Assembly (NCBI GenBank): GCA_913046815.1 | Contig: CAJWTE010000002.1 | Coordinates: 1 to 39,922 of the forward strand | DNA length: 39,922 bases | From: an uncultured bacterium | GTDB lineage: Bacteria > Patescibacteriota > Minisyncoccia > Phycocordibacterales > UBA918 | Reading direction: 5' to 3' | Shown: in pieces, positions 9,592 through 19,192 of the stretch | Numbering within the stretch: the stretch's first letter is position 1 | How the letters are laid out: each line of letters starts with the position of its first letter | Position numbers and translations under genes: made by a program | The notes under the pieces: model-generated | What the model saw: the letters and a program-made list of their open reading frames with translations, nothing else | Databases searched by the model: none | Told to the model about the DNA's origin: nothing

Positions 9592-10047
9592 ATGAATAAA
9601 CATGAGGAAATCAAGGCTTCTTTGCCTGAAATAATGAAGTCCAAAGACGGAGTACGACTCAGAACAATTCGCAGTATGCTGACAGCCTTCACTAACGAAT
9701 TGGTGGCCAGTAATAGAACTCCGCAGGACTGGTTGACTGATGAGGAAGTTATGACTATGATCAAACGTCTGGCCAAACAAAGAAAAGACTCGATTGAACA
9801 GTTCGAAACTGCAAAGAGACAAGACTTGGCTGATCCGGAAAAAGAAGAGTTGGCTGTGTTGGAAACCTATTTGCCGCAAACGATGAGTCAGGATGACATC
9901 AGGACTATAGCAGAAAGTAAGAAGACAGAGCTCCAAGTGGAAGATAAAAGCAAAATGGGTGTACTCATTGGTGCCGTGATGAAAGAAACTGCTGGGACTG
10001 CCGACGGCGGTGATGTAAAAGCTGTAGTAGAGTCACTTTTTGAGTAA
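9592..10047 (+). CDS. yqeY: GatB/YqeY domain protein
   Basis: 151 aa. MKSKDGVRLRTIRSMLTAFTNE, EKEELAVLETYLP and GVLIGAVMKETAGTADG are typical of the YqeY family. Confidence 0.85.
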   Translation: MNKHEEIKASLPEIMKSKDGVRLRTIRSMLTAFTNELVASNRTPQDWLTDEEVMTMIKRLAKQRKDSIEQFETAKRQDLADPEKEELAVLETYLPQTMSQDDIRTIAESKKTELQVEDKSKMGVLIGAVMKETAGTADGGDVKAVVESLFE

Positions 10048-10050
10048 ATT

Positions 10051-10374
10051 ATGGGATTCGAAGGACCAAGTAAATCAGAGAGAGATAGGCTATATGATGC
10101 TCTATCAAAGTTAGAGTCGAATTTTAAACCCGCAGCTGAGCCGCTTTTTACGACTGAAATAGACGGGTCAAAGGTAGAACTAAGGAGTGCCGAGGATGCA
10201 GACAGATACAAAGTAAGTGTTGACTCATCCGAGTTTGATGTAAGGATTCTGAATGGACAAGTACAATCCATCCAAAACATGACCGCATTAACCGACATGG
10301 ACTCAGACGACTCTATTTTAAAAGCCAAAGTAACTGAAGCCATCAATCAATACCATAAATCACATTTACAGTAG
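10051..10374 (+). CDS. hypothetical protein (107 aa, acidic)
   Basis: ORF starts 3 nt after the yqeY stop. Composition resembles neighbouring native genes. No motif recognised. Confidence 0.6.
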   Translation: MGFEGPSKSERDRLYDALSKLESNFKPAAEPLFTTEIDGSKVELRSAEDADRYKVSVDSSEFDVRILNGQVQSIQNMTALTDMDSDDSILKAKVTEAINQYHKSHLQ

Positions 10375-10392
10375 GAATATTTGTGGTATAAA
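10365..10392 (+). promoter_or_regulatory. sigma70-type promoter with extended -10 for the small-protein operon
   Basis: TTTACA (10365-10370), 16-nt spacer ending in TGG, TATAAA (10387-10392). Sits across the stop codon of the preceding ORF. Confidence 0.55.
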
Positions 10393-10435
10393 TAAAGCAG
10401 AAAATATCACCTGCGCAAAGAAAGTGAGGTAGAAG

Positions 10436-10711
10436 ATGGGTACTCCCGAGTACTTTGGCCAGTTCAAACACTGGCACAAAGACAACGTCTGGAGGAGTTG
10501 GCATGTATATGCCGACGTCGACGAAAACCAGAACGTCGACCGCATTTACCTCCAGTACGGTCAAGGACCAGTGTTGGGGAACGGCTTGGAAACTTCGGAA
10601 TGCAAAAAACCGAACGAACAAGTAGCTCTCCAATGTGTGAGGGAGCGTATTGAGGAAGATTTCTGGAACAACCCTGAACTTGTGGAGGACGTAAATGCCA
10701 ATGACGGCTGA
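10436..10711 (+). CDS. hypothetical small protein (91 aa, Trp/acid-rich)
   Basis: SD GAGGT lies 5 nt before the ATG. First gene of a tightly packed four-ORF unit. Visibly more GC-rich than the flanks. Confidence 0.6.
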   Translation: MGTPEYFGQFKHWHKDNVWRSWHVYADVDENQNVDRIYLQYGQGPVLGNGLETSECKKPNEQVALQCVRERIEEDFWNNPELVEDVNANDG

Positions 10712-10958
10712 TGAGGTTGCGAGCTCCGTCGTTCGCAACACCAAGTTGCGAGGTGGACTGGTCTTTCAACTCCGAGATGAGATCTGGAAATGGCTTCTAC
10801 TAACTAGTTGGTTTGAAGCAAGATTTCCAGAGCAACACGACAAAATCAACTTTGTTGATGAGATCGAAGAATCAATTCGCAAGCCTTGGATTGAAAAAGC
10901 AAAGAAGACCCGTCGCCGAAATGCGTTGGCGGCAAGACAACTAACACTCAAGCTTTGA
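10695..10958 (+). CDS. hypothetical small protein (87 aa, basic C-terminus)
   Basis: SD GGAGGA lies 5 nt before the ATG. Overlaps the previous ORF by 17 nt, consistent with translational coupling. Confidence 0.55.
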   Translation: MPMTADEVASSVVRNTKLRGGLVFQLRDEIWKWLLLTSWFEARFPEQHDKINFVDEIEESIRKPWIEKAKKTRRRNALAARQLTLKL

Positions 10959-10968
10959 GGAGAGTAAA

Positions 10969-11217
10969 ATGAAACTCAACACGCAGAAAAGCGGTGTCTT
11001 CACCCTGGTGACCCTGGACACAGGGCCACTTACAGCAGGATGCTGGCTGAAAATCAGTGAGGGACTGACTGAGCTTGCCTACAAGCAGCTTCTGGGGTTC
11101 CAGAACTGGAATGATGGGATCAACAGGTTCCAATACCTGACCTACCAAACCAGCCCGGAGAAAATCCGGCAAGGTGTCAGCTTTGCAACCGGTGCCAAGG
11201 GACTGACTATCGTGTAA
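10969..11217 (+). CDS. hypothetical small protein (82 aa)
   Basis: SD GAGGAG lies 6 nt before the ATG. Same strand and operon. Confidence 0.6.
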   Translation: MKLNTQKSGVFTLVTLDTGPLTAGCWLKISEGLTELAYKQLLGFQNWNDGINRFQYLTYQTSPEKIRQGVSFATGAKGLTIV

Positions 11218-11220
11218 GAA

Positions 11221-11409
11221 ATGGCAGTTCATAGAAAATACAAGGGTTTTCCTGTACCGTTTCGGTTTCCTCCCGATGAGAATCGTCGAGGGTGCGATAT
11301 CGCTGGTAAGTTTTTCTGGATGATTGGCTTTAATACCTACATCGAGAAGACTCCGGAAGGATTCGTACTGGTACTGGACCATCCCGACACCGAGGCAGGT
11401 GGATATTGA
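11221..11409 (+). CDS. hypothetical small protein (62 aa)
   Basis: Starts 3 nt after the previous stop. Followed by a strong terminator. Confidence 0.5.
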   Translation: MAVHRKYKGFPVPFRFPPDENRRGCDIAGKFFWMIGFNTYIEKTPEGFVLVLDHPDTEAGGY

Positions 11410-11415
11410 CAAGAG

Positions 11416-11449
11416 CCTGAGGCGCGTGTGTGCCTCAGGACTTTTTTTG
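11416..11449 (+). terminator. rho-independent terminator of the small-protein operon
   Basis: CCTGAGGC (11416-11423) / GCCTCAGG (11432-11439) stem, followed by ACTTTTTTTG. Confidence 0.85.
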
Positions 11450-11468
11450 TTTATTAGAGAATGTGTAG

Positions 11469-11504
11469 AAATACCCATTTAAATGGTGATTTAAATGGGT
11501 ATTT
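11469..11504. repeat. perfect 15-bp inverted repeat (AT-rich hairpin) downstream of truB
   Basis: AAATACCCATTTAAA (11469-11483), 6-nt spacer, TTTAAATGGGTATTT (11490-11504). Possible truB terminator or protein-binding palindrome. Confidence 0.55.
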
Positions 11505-11541
11505 AATCTTGTGATTTAATTACACTAGTTGATACTCGACT

Positions 11542-12228
11542 CTACGACTTACCAAACTCGTTCAACTCCTTTGCATCCTTCAGTTCAAATTCTCCTATTT
11601 TTGTGCGTTTAAGAGAGAGGAGGCAGGCTGGTACACCAATTTTTCTGCCTATCTCCTCTGCCAATGAACGGACATAAGTACCGCTTCCAACCTTGAAGTG
11701 TACGTGTAGTATCAGCTTGTTTTTTCTCTGCATACAAAGCTTTATGTCTAGGAGATCTGCTTCATACACTTTCATCTTGCGCACGGGGACATCCTCTACT
11801 ACCTCTCCATTTTTTTCTGCTTTTCTAGCCCTTTTATACATAGGCACACCGTCTTTCTTGATAGCTGAATAAGCAGAAACTGGCAGTTCCAGCTCGCCTA
11901 CTAAACTTTTCAATATCGCCTCTATCTCTACCACATCCACTGAAGTAACATCACATTCTGTCAACAACTCTCCTTCTTGGTCACTGGTGGTACGAGACTC
12001 GCCAAGAATTATCTCGGCTTCATATTCCTTGTCTAATTTCAGAAATTGACTCAGGCTTTTGGTACCACTCTCAACCCCGATTATCATCAGTCCTGAAGCC
12101 AATGGGTCTAGAGTACCGGCATGGCCAAACTTTCTAATTCCAGTTTGGTTTCTCAATTGTCGAATCACGTCAAATGACGTGATTTCCACTGGCTTATTTA
12201 CTAAAATAATTTCTGGTAAAGTCTGCAT
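11542..12228 (-). CDS. truB: tRNA pseudouridine(55) synthase TruB
   Basis: 228 aa. GHAGTLDPLASGLMIIG catalytic-Asp motif and overall TruB layout. Confidence 0.93.
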   Translation of the reverse strand: MQTLPEIILVNKPVEITSFDVIRQLRNQTGIRKFGHAGTLDPLASGLMIIGVESGTKSLSQFLKLDKEYEAEIILGESRTTSDQEGELLTECDVTSVDVVEIEAILKSLVGELELPVSAYSAIKKDGVPMYKRARKAEKNGEVVEDVPVRKMKVYEADLLDIKLCMQRKNKLILHVHFKVGSGTYVRSLAEEIGRKIGVPACLLSLKRTKIGEFELKDAKELNEFGKS

Positions 12229-13182
12229 CTATAGAAAAATTGTAAGCTTCAACAGGAAGAATACAAAAAAGAGCAACATCATAATCCCTTCCCAACGCAT
12301 AATCTGCCGAGCTAATCCATTTACAAAAAAGATGGCTGACGCCGCGAACATAATACCTATACCCAGACCCATCACCACCTCATCAGCTACCAGTGGAGTA
12401 ATAAGAGCTGGTACACCTATCACCATCAAAATGTTAAAAGCATTGGAACCAAAAATATTGCCAATAGCCAAATCGGTCTCTCCTTTTTTTATTGCCTGCA
12501 TTGATACAGACAATTCAGGAAGTGAGGTACCAATAGCAATTGCAGCGATAGATACCAAACCAAGAGGAACTGATAAGGCGGTAGCAATATTGACCACCAT
12601 ATCAACTGTAAACTTGGCTCCTACCAAAACAGCAGCTATACCCACTACTAAAAACGCAATCGAGATATAGAAGCCATCTCTATCACCATTACGAGACTTC
12701 AGTAAACTTCTCTCCTCCTCACCTGCCTCAAAAAACAAGTACCACATATACGCAGCAAAGGTTCCTAATAGCAGAAAAGCTTCAATACGGTCAACTGTGC
12801 CATCCCAGACAACTGCTAAAAAATGGGCAGTAGCAATAAAGAAAATCGGTAACTCTGTCTTTATCAAGTCTCTCTTAATGACTACTTTTCCACCAATAGC
12901 TGCCAAAGCACCCACTACCAAGAGAATGTTTGTTATGTTGGAGCCTACCACGTTAGCAATTACAATCTCAGTATTTCCACTCAAAGCAGCAGCGATAGAT
13001 GATGCCAATTCAGGTAATGAAGTACCAAAACCAACAATCAAGACTCCAATAGCAAACCGACTCATTCCCAACCTAGCGCCAATTTGTTTGGCACCTAGCA
13101 CGAAAGTGTCAGCACCACGCACCAACATGAATAATGCTCCCACCAAAATCGCGCCCCAGATTAATAGTTGTGCGTAGTCCAT
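12229..13182 (-). CDS. Na+/Ca2+ exchanger family (CaCA, YrbG-like) membrane protein
   Basis: 317 aa. Two alpha-repeat signatures, GTSLPELASS and GTSLPELSVS. Polytopic and hydrophobic. Confidence 0.9.
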   Translation of the reverse strand: MDYAQLLIWGAILVGALFMLVRGADTFVLGAKQIGARLGMSRFAIGVLIVGFGTSLPELASSIAAALSGNTEIVIANVVGSNITNILLVVGALAAIGGKVVIKRDLIKTELPIFFIATAHFLAVVWDGTVDRIEAFLLLGTFAAYMWYLFFEAGEEERSLLKSRNGDRDGFYISIAFLVVGIAAVLVGAKFTVDMVVNIATALSVPLGLVSIAAIAIGTSLPELSVSMQAIKKGETDLAIGNIFGSNAFNILMVIGVPALITPLVADEVVMGLGIGIMFAASAIFFVNGLARQIMRWEGIMMLLFFVFFLLKLTIFL

Positions 13183-13186
13183 ATAT

Positions 13187-14386
13187 TTATAGAACCAATA
13201 ATTCAGGATTAAGAACTAGCAACGCTCCGAGTAGCACCATGAGTGCACCCCCGATGAGTAGTGACGCCTGAGAGTACTTGTGTCCATGGGCATGTAATTT
13301 GTCATAACCCCAAATAGCCAATCCAAACACGACCAAGTCATCCAACATATAGCCGAAAGTATAAATCAATATATAGAACTGACGCTCCAAAAAGGCCAGA
13401 TTGTTGATATCAAGAATCTTAGTATATGCCTGAGGAATACCAATAGAACAAGCGAACTCTATGATATTTACCGAAAAGGCAATCACCAAGAGAGCTCCAA
13501 TGGTAGTAAGAGTGAGTGGAGCGGAAACAATTTTCTGAAATTTGTTAATAGTCTTATTCTGGCTTTCGATATCAGAGATATCACACACCAACGCCACTCC
13601 CCTGTTCTTTCGCCAACGATACAAAAAGAACAAACCGCCACCCAAAGCCAATAATCCCACCAAGGGTGTGACTACTTGGTCGAGCGCAACAAAATCCCAG
13701 GTTTTATACCAAACATTTAGTATCAGATTGTACATTACTGCCTCGGCCACAATGAATATGCCAGCCAAGAAAACCATCTTGCTTCTGCTTCCAGCCTGTG
13801 ACAGTAACACCAAGAAAGTGATCAGTACCCACATGGCACAAGGATTAAAGCCGTCAATTGTACCTAAAAGTGCAGAAAGGCTAAATAGCGATAAAGCTTT
13901 CAAGTCCACCAACCCAATCAACGGTAAGTCAAAGACATACGCCATAGACGTTGCCGCCTCGCAGTCTTCATCGGTGCAAGCTTCCGCCTCGACCACATCT
14001 TGTGCCGGAGCATACTCAAGATGATCTTCAGGGGTCTTAATATCTCCCTCAAGCGCATCCGGTATAGCGTTTTTTATCATCTTGCCGGTAGTCTGTCCGC
14101 CATTAAAGCCGAGGAACGCTTTCTCACCGACAATTGTAAGTGGCGTGACTTTACTTAAATCATGCTTGTTGGCAATTGCTCTAAACAATTCATTAGCTTC
14201 CTTGTCACGTACTATATTTAAGTATTCATAAGAAATACCTTCATCATCCAACCATTCTTTTTCTGCCTGACAATAGCCACAGTCATCTCGGCCAAACATA
14301 TATACCACTGTCTCATCTTCAGCATTAACGCTGGAAAATGACATAGTGAAAAGCAAGATAGCAAAAAGTACAAATTTCAATTTCAT
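13187..14386 (-). CDS. secreted glutaredoxin/thioredoxin-fold domain fused to a polytopic membrane domain (CcdA/DsbD-like, putative)
   Basis: The ORF is open to 14440, but MKLKFVLFAILLFTMSFSSVNA (start 14386) is a signal peptide and avoids overlap with msrAB. CGYC redox motif in a Grx-like domain. The membrane part carries NPCAMWVL and EFACSIGIP Cys motifs. Confidence 0.7.
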   Translation of the reverse strand: MKLKFVLFAILLFTMSFSSVNAEDETVVYMFGRDDCGYCQAEKEWLDDEGISYEYLNIVRDKEANELFRAIANKHDLSKVTPLTIVGEKAFLGFNGGQTTGKMIKNAIPDALEGDIKTPEDHLEYAPAQDVVEAEACTDEDCEAATSMAYVFDLPLIGLVDLKALSLFSLSALLGTIDGFNPCAMWVLITFLVLLSQAGSRSKMVFLAGIFIVAEAVMYNLILNVWYKTWDFVALDQVVTPLVGLLALGGGLFFLYRWRKNRGVALVCDISDIESQNKTINKFQKIVSAPLTLTTIGALLVIAFSVNIIEFACSIGIPQAYTKILDINNLAFLERQFYILIYTFGYMLDDLVVFGLAIWGYDKLHAHGHKYSQASLLIGGALMVLLGALLVLNPELLVL

Positions 14387-14405
14387 ATCACGCAAGAATA
14401 ACATA

Positions 14406-15563
14406 TTAAAGATACTGCAAGTAGTCTCCATACCCTTCATTCTCCATTTCGCTTTCCGGTATAAAGCTCAGTGCTACTCCGTTCATACAGTAGCGAAGCC
14501 CTCCCGCTTCTGCTGGCCCGTCTGAGAACACATGTCCTAAATGATTGTCTGCTATAGTAGAACGAATTTCGACTCTTTTCATAAATAATTTATTGTCTTT
14601 CGTCTCTGTCACTGCCTTAGGTGTAATTGGTCTTGTAAATGAAGGCCAACCGGTACCTGAATCATATTTATCTCGAGATGAAAACAGTGGCTCACCAGAT
14701 AAAACATCTACATAGATGCCTCTGTCATATAGTGCGTCATAAGGATGGGTACCAGCTCTCTCTGTACCTTCTTCCTGAGTTACCTTATAAGCCAATTCAT
14801 CCAGCTCTTGTTGTAAAACTGACTGTGATGGTTTTTGGTAATCCATCCAAAAACCACTGGTTGTACGGCTCCCATCTCTCCAAGGTAAGGTTGTTGTATG
14901 ACCTTCTTCTCCCCAACTTTCCTCAATGAAGTCGTTCCTACCAGAAGCATTTCGATAGTACTTATACTTCAGTGCCGAGACCGAACCTTTGTAGTAGTCT
15001 TGATGATAATCCTCAGCCATATGAAAATCCGGACGCTCCTCTATATCGATAGCTAATGCTCTTTCATATGGACCATTTTTATTAACATCTTGAATTAGAT
15101 TATCGATTGTTTTCTTCTCATCTTCAGTTTCATAGTAAAAGGCTGAGGAATACTGGTCGCCTCGATCATAGAATGTACCGTCATCATCTGTTGGGTCAGT
15201 GGTTTTGAGAGTTACTATCAAAATTTCTTCAAAAGTCACTCGAGTTGGGTCGTAGGTTACCTCTACCACCTCCCTATGACCACCTTTGTAATAGTCCGAA
15301 TATGTTGGATTGGGAGTGGTTCCTCCAGCATAACCAGATACAACCTTTATCACACCAGGTACCTTTTCCAGATCAGATTCTACACACCAAAAACACCCTC
15401 CTGCCACTAACATAGTCTTGTATCTAGCAGTATCAACGTCCTCCTCTACAACTTCTGCCTCACTAAAAATTTGATTGGTCACACTTACATTCTGATGACG
15501 CCAATAAACCGCCGTTACTGCCAATAATACTACCAAACCTACTGCTACAAACAATTTCATCAT
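14406..15563 (-). CDS. msrAB: membrane-anchored bifunctional methionine sulfoxide reductase MsrA/MsrB
   Basis: 385 aa. N-terminal TM helix, MsrA motif GGCFWCVE, and MsrB motifs GWPSF and RYCMNGVAL. Confidence 0.92.
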   Translation of the reverse strand: MMKLFVAVGLVVLLAVTAVYWRHQNVSVTNQIFSEAEVVEEDVDTARYKTMLVAGGCFWCVESDLEKVPGVIKVVSGYAGGTTPNPTYSDYYKGGHREVVEVTYDPTRVTFEEILIVTLKTTDPTDDDGTFYDRGDQYSSAFYYETEDEKKTIDNLIQDVNKNGPYERALAIDIEERPDFHMAEDYHQDYYKGSVSALKYKYYRNASGRNDFIEESWGEEGHTTTLPWRDGSRTTSGFWMDYQKPSQSVLQQELDELAYKVTQEEGTERAGTHPYDALYDRGIYVDVLSGEPLFSSRDKYDSGTGWPSFTRPITPKAVTETKDNKLFMKRVEIRSTIADNHLGHVFSDGPAEAGGLRYCMNGVALSFIPESEMENEGYGDYLQYL

Positions 15564-15579
15564 TCATCTATTGTACCAG

Positions 15580-17265
15580 CTATTTATCTTGCAAACGATG
15601 CAACATACGGACTAGTCTAACAGTTTCATAGTCAATTTTTTCGTCACAATACTCGAATAGAGGCTTCAACTTTTCATCACCCAATTCTTCAATAGCTTCA
15701 AGGACTTTCGGCTCGTTTTCACTATGGTTTTTATTCTGTAAGTGAGTTAGGTCACCAATTCCTATCGCCCTTTCTTCTACCAACTTCTCTAAGTGACTCC
15801 AAGCTGTACTTTCTTTGATATTCCTTTCTTTAGCTATTTCACGTATGCTCTTTTTTTCCTTCAATAGCTCCTTCGTTTTTTCCAAAGTACTCTCTTTCTG
15901 CACTCTTTCATAACCCTTCGTCCTGACTTTTATTTCTCCTGTCGGCCACTCGCCGCCAGATGAGCGTAAAAAGTTACGTTGCATTGACTCCAATTCCTCA
16001 CTTTCCATTTGTGAAAAGGTTTCTTCTACCAAGTCACTATCGACTTGCATGCGTTCGTCTTTCGCCACCACTTCTGGATCAACTCGGAGTGCTGTAGGGC
16101 TCATTCCCAACATCTTCAAGCCAGCCAAAGTACGTACCCGCGACAATGCTACATAGCCCTGCCCGAAAGCAAAGGCCTTGGAGAGGTCAATCTCGGCTGC
16201 ATCCAAGGACATACCTTGGCTTTTATGGACTGTAATCGCCCACGCTAGGCGCAGCGGCAGCTGTTCTACACTGGCAAGTGTCTTCTTCTCTTCTATCACC
16301 TCCCAACTAGTTGGTTCTATTTTTATTTCCCTTCCCTCAGTAGTCTCAATGATTGGCAGTCCGTCTATAGCGTCAAAAGACACTACCCGTGCCAACGTAC
16401 CATTTACATAGCCGGCTTCGAAATTGTTCTTCGTACACATGACCATAGCTTCTTCTTTCAGTTCTAGACACTCAGGAGACAAGCAGTTCTTTACTAACCC
16501 TTGTTGCATCAACTTATTACCATGACCAACCATCTGGAACTTTCGAGTTGGTGCCGATAACTCACTCAACCTAGAAGAGTTCACAGTATCTACGTCCATG
16601 TTATGGGTATAAAGTCTTGTAGGTTCAATATCAGGATAAGCAATTTCTGTCTGCTCAGACAAGAGAGTAAAATGTTCATCGTCGACGTCATTCTTTCTTA
16701 TTGAGCGCAACAAACCCAAAAGCATCTCGTCTTCTTGCCGGAACTGGTCGCTCAAGTAGCACACCAAAAACCTAGCGTCAGCCCAGGCACGTGACTTAAA
16801 AGCGTACTGTACTGGTTCGTTATAGCGCGTAATTGGAGGCAATTGAAAGAAGTCCCCTACCAACACAACCTGTAGTCCTCCAAATGATTCGGGCTTATTC
16901 CTCACTTTGCGACAAACGGTATCAACCATATCCAGTACATTACCTCCCAACATAGAGACTTCATCAATTATCAACACATTGGCTTTATTTATTCGTTTGT
17001 TGGTCTTTTCATTGGCGACTATTTGTTCCACATCGTGCTCGGTCAAACTATCTCGTGGCCCTAGTCGACACCATGAATGAATGGTCATACCTCCTATATG
17101 CGTAGCTGCTACACCGGTAGAAGCCGTTACTGCCACATTTACTCCAGCTGTCTCAAGCCAAGCAATGTACTGATTAACTACGTGGGTTTTGCCTGTACCA
17201 GGCTCACCAGTGAGAAATACATTACCACCTGTTTTGAGTATATCGAGCGCAACTGACTGATTCAT
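15580..17265 (-). CDS. SF1 DNA helicase, PIF1/RecD-like, with C-terminal HTH-like domain
   Basis: 561 aa. Walker A GEPGTGKTH, Walker B IIDEVSML, VHKSQGMSLD motif, and a C-terminal KSIREIAKERNIKESTAWSHLEKL HTH-like segment. Confidence 0.85.
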   Translation of the reverse strand: MNQSVALDILKTGGNVFLTGEPGTGKTHVVNQYIAWLETAGVNVAVTASTGVAATHIGGMTIHSWCRLGPRDSLTEHDVEQIVANEKTNKRINKANVLIIDEVSMLGGNVLDMVDTVCRKVRNKPESFGGLQVVLVGDFFQLPPITRYNEPVQYAFKSRAWADARFLVCYLSDQFRQEDEMLLGLLRSIRKNDVDDEHFTLLSEQTEIAYPDIEPTRLYTHNMDVDTVNSSRLSELSAPTRKFQMVGHGNKLMQQGLVKNCLSPECLELKEEAMVMCTKNNFEAGYVNGTLARVVSFDAIDGLPIIETTEGREIKIEPTSWEVIEEKKTLASVEQLPLRLAWAITVHKSQGMSLDAAEIDLSKAFAFGQGYVALSRVRTLAGLKMLGMSPTALRVDPEVVAKDERMQVDSDLVEETFSQMESEELESMQRNFLRSSGGEWPTGEIKVRTKGYERVQKESTLEKTKELLKEKKSIREIAKERNIKESTAWSHLEKLVEERAIGIGDLTHLQNKNHSENEPKVLEAIEELGDEKLKPLFEYCDEKIDYETVRLVRMLHRLQDK

Positions 17266-17329
17266 ATGTTGGTAAGAGTAACATATCGGAAGGGCTGTGA
17301 GTTAAAATAAGGAAAAGTATAGTTCTTCT

Positions 17330-19177
17330 ATGGCTACCACAAAAAGAAAAACTAAAAAGGATATTAAAGATACCCAGAGAATTAAAGTTCAAATAAACTC
17401 CCCTCGGAAAAAGGCATTGCGAGTGGCTAAGAAGGCGACCCAAAAAGTCAAAACCGTCCCCAGAAAGGAAGTGCTCCCTATCCTAAAGAGAGACGCGCTT
17501 GGTCACCTACTAGTTGAAAACCTTCTTCGCGAAGCCGGCTTTCGAGGGGATATATCCACTGATAAAGATAAATTAGACGAATATAGCTACGATGAAAGTA
17601 TTTTTGCTGTTCGGCCACAGATCGTAATCGCACCTAAAGACGGTATGGACGTACAGTCCGCAGTAAAAGTTATCGCGAAAGAAACTACTCGCTTCCCCGC
17701 GCTTTCCCTCACACCCAGAGCTGCTGGTACTGGTCTATCGGGCGGATCTCTAACAGACTCAGTGGTGATTGATATAAGCAGGTATATGCACAAGATGGAT
17801 TTGGCTGAGGAGATGCGCGGACAAGTCACCATCACTGTGGAGCCAGGTGTAATGTGGCGAGACATGGAAACAGAACTAAAGAAGCATCGCGTCTATGTAC
17901 CTTCTTATACCGCTTCCAAGGATATCTGCTCTGTTGGCGGCTCTGTTGCCAACAATGCCGCCGGCCCCGATTCCCTTCGCTATGGTCATTGTGCCGACTG
18001 GGTTGAATCGCTGGAAGTAGTTTTGTACGATGGAGAAAAGTACACCATCCGGCCAATCGACTATAAGAATTTCAAAGTACTCAGTAAAAAGAAAAACGCC
18101 TATGGGCGCATACTGAGCGAGATTTTTGCTCTTATCGAAGCCAACGAGCCTGCCATACTAAAGGCTAAACCCAAAACCAAGAAGAATACCTCCGGCTATG
18201 CTCTATGGGACGCAATCGACGGAAGTGTAGCCGAATTCAAGGCTGGCAAGGCTAAACTTGACCTTACTCGCCTTATTTCTGGTAGCCAAGGCACTATCGG
18301 CATAGTTACGTCATTAACACTAAAGACAGCTCCGATTCCTACCCATAATCGATTGGTGGTTATTCCAATATTTGATCTTGCTACAGCTAGTGCCGCAGTC
18401 CTAGAGGCACTCAACCATAACCCTGTAAATATAGAAGTATTTGACGCCCTGTCCTTTAACTTAGCACTTAAGAATCCTCAATTTTTTAAGTCTCGGCTAT
18501 CCGGTATCGGGTACTACAGGACAATGCTAGCCATGTACTCCCTTTACCATGTGCGTTGGCTAGGAAAGACTCCTGAGTTCACTCTCTTAATGACTTTTGA
18601 AGATAAGTCCGATACAGTACTGAGTGATATTCTACGTCTACTAAGAAAAGTTGGCGCCAGTGGTGCCAGAGAGGTTACCAATGAAGACGAGAAGGAAATG
18701 CTTTGGCAAGTGCGCAGAGCCAGCTATACACTTTCCAAACTACAAGACCCGAATAAGCGACCAGCAGCCTTTTTGGAGGATATGACAGTACCTCCAGAGC
18801 ACCTGTCTGGCTTTTTGGCGGAGATAAAGCGTTTACTAAGAAAGTACAACCTAACCGCTGCTATACATGGCCATGGTGGTAATGGTCATTTTCACTTTTA
18901 TCCCCTACTCGATTTTGAAAAATCCGGCACAGCCGAGCTGATAGAGAAAATGTCTACTGAATTTTTCCACACTGCAGTGAAATACAAAGGCAATATCTGT
19001 GGCGAGCACAATGATGGCATCACTCGCACTCCCTACCTCAATCTCATGTTCACCAAGAAAATGTTGGATATTTTCAAGCAAGTCGAACATAGCTTTGATC
19101 CTGATGACATCTTCAATCCCGGCAAAAAAGTAAATCCTCGCTTCGATATCAAGTCAAATTTACGCAAAAAGAACTGA
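17330..19177 (+). CDS. FAD-binding oxidoreductase (PCMH-type, GlcD/D-lactate dehydrogenase-like)
   Basis: 615 aa. Basic N-terminal extension, FAD_binding_4-like PRAAGTGLSGGS, and a C-terminal HGHGGNGHFHF / GEHNDG motif typical of the family. Confidence 0.85.
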   Translation: MATTKRKTKKDIKDTQRIKVQINSPRKKALRVAKKATQKVKTVPRKEVLPILKRDALGHLLVENLLREAGFRGDISTDKDKLDEYSYDESIFAVRPQIVIAPKDGMDVQSAVKVIAKETTRFPALSLTPRAAGTGLSGGSLTDSVVIDISRYMHKMDLAEEMRGQVTITVEPGVMWRDMETELKKHRVYVPSYTASKDICSVGGSVANNAAGPDSLRYGHCADWVESLEVVLYDGEKYTIRPIDYKNFKVLSKKKNAYGRILSEIFALIEANEPAILKAKPKTKKNTSGYALWDAIDGSVAEFKAGKAKLDLTRLISGSQGTIGIVTSLTLKTAPIPTHNRLVVIPIFDLATASAAVLEALNHNPVNIEVFDALSFNLALKNPQFFKSRLSGIGYYRTMLAMYSLYHVRWLGKTPEFTLLMTFEDKSDTVLSDILRLLRKVGASGAREVTNEDEKEMLWQVRRASYTLSKLQDPNKRPAAFLEDMTVPPEHLSGFLAEIKRLLRKYNLTAAIHGHGGNGHFHFYPLLDFEKSGTAELIEKMSTEFFHTAVKYKGNICGEHNDGITRTPYLNLMFTKKMLDIFKQVEHSFDPDDIFNPGKKVNPRFDIKSNLRKKN

Positions 19178-19192
19178 CAAACTATATTTACA

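Noticed and set aside
9498-9936. Minus-strand ORFs 9498..9776 and 9559..9936, and the numerous 60-140-aa ORFs antisense to the P-type ATPase (7185-9535).
   Set aside because: They are antisense to well-supported genes (yqeY and the ATPase), with no SD and no motifs.
10948-11478. 176-aa minus-strand ORF antisense to the small-protein operon.
   Set aside because: It spans the plus-strand terminator and three SD-led plus-strand ORFs, lacks an SD, and has a Leu/Ser/Cys-rich composition typical of antisense frames.
12059-14024. Plus-strand ORFs 12059..12670, 12797..13177 and 13542..14024.
   Set aside because: They are antisense shadows of truB, the CaCA exchanger and the glutaredoxin-membrane fusion, all of which have clear family motifs.
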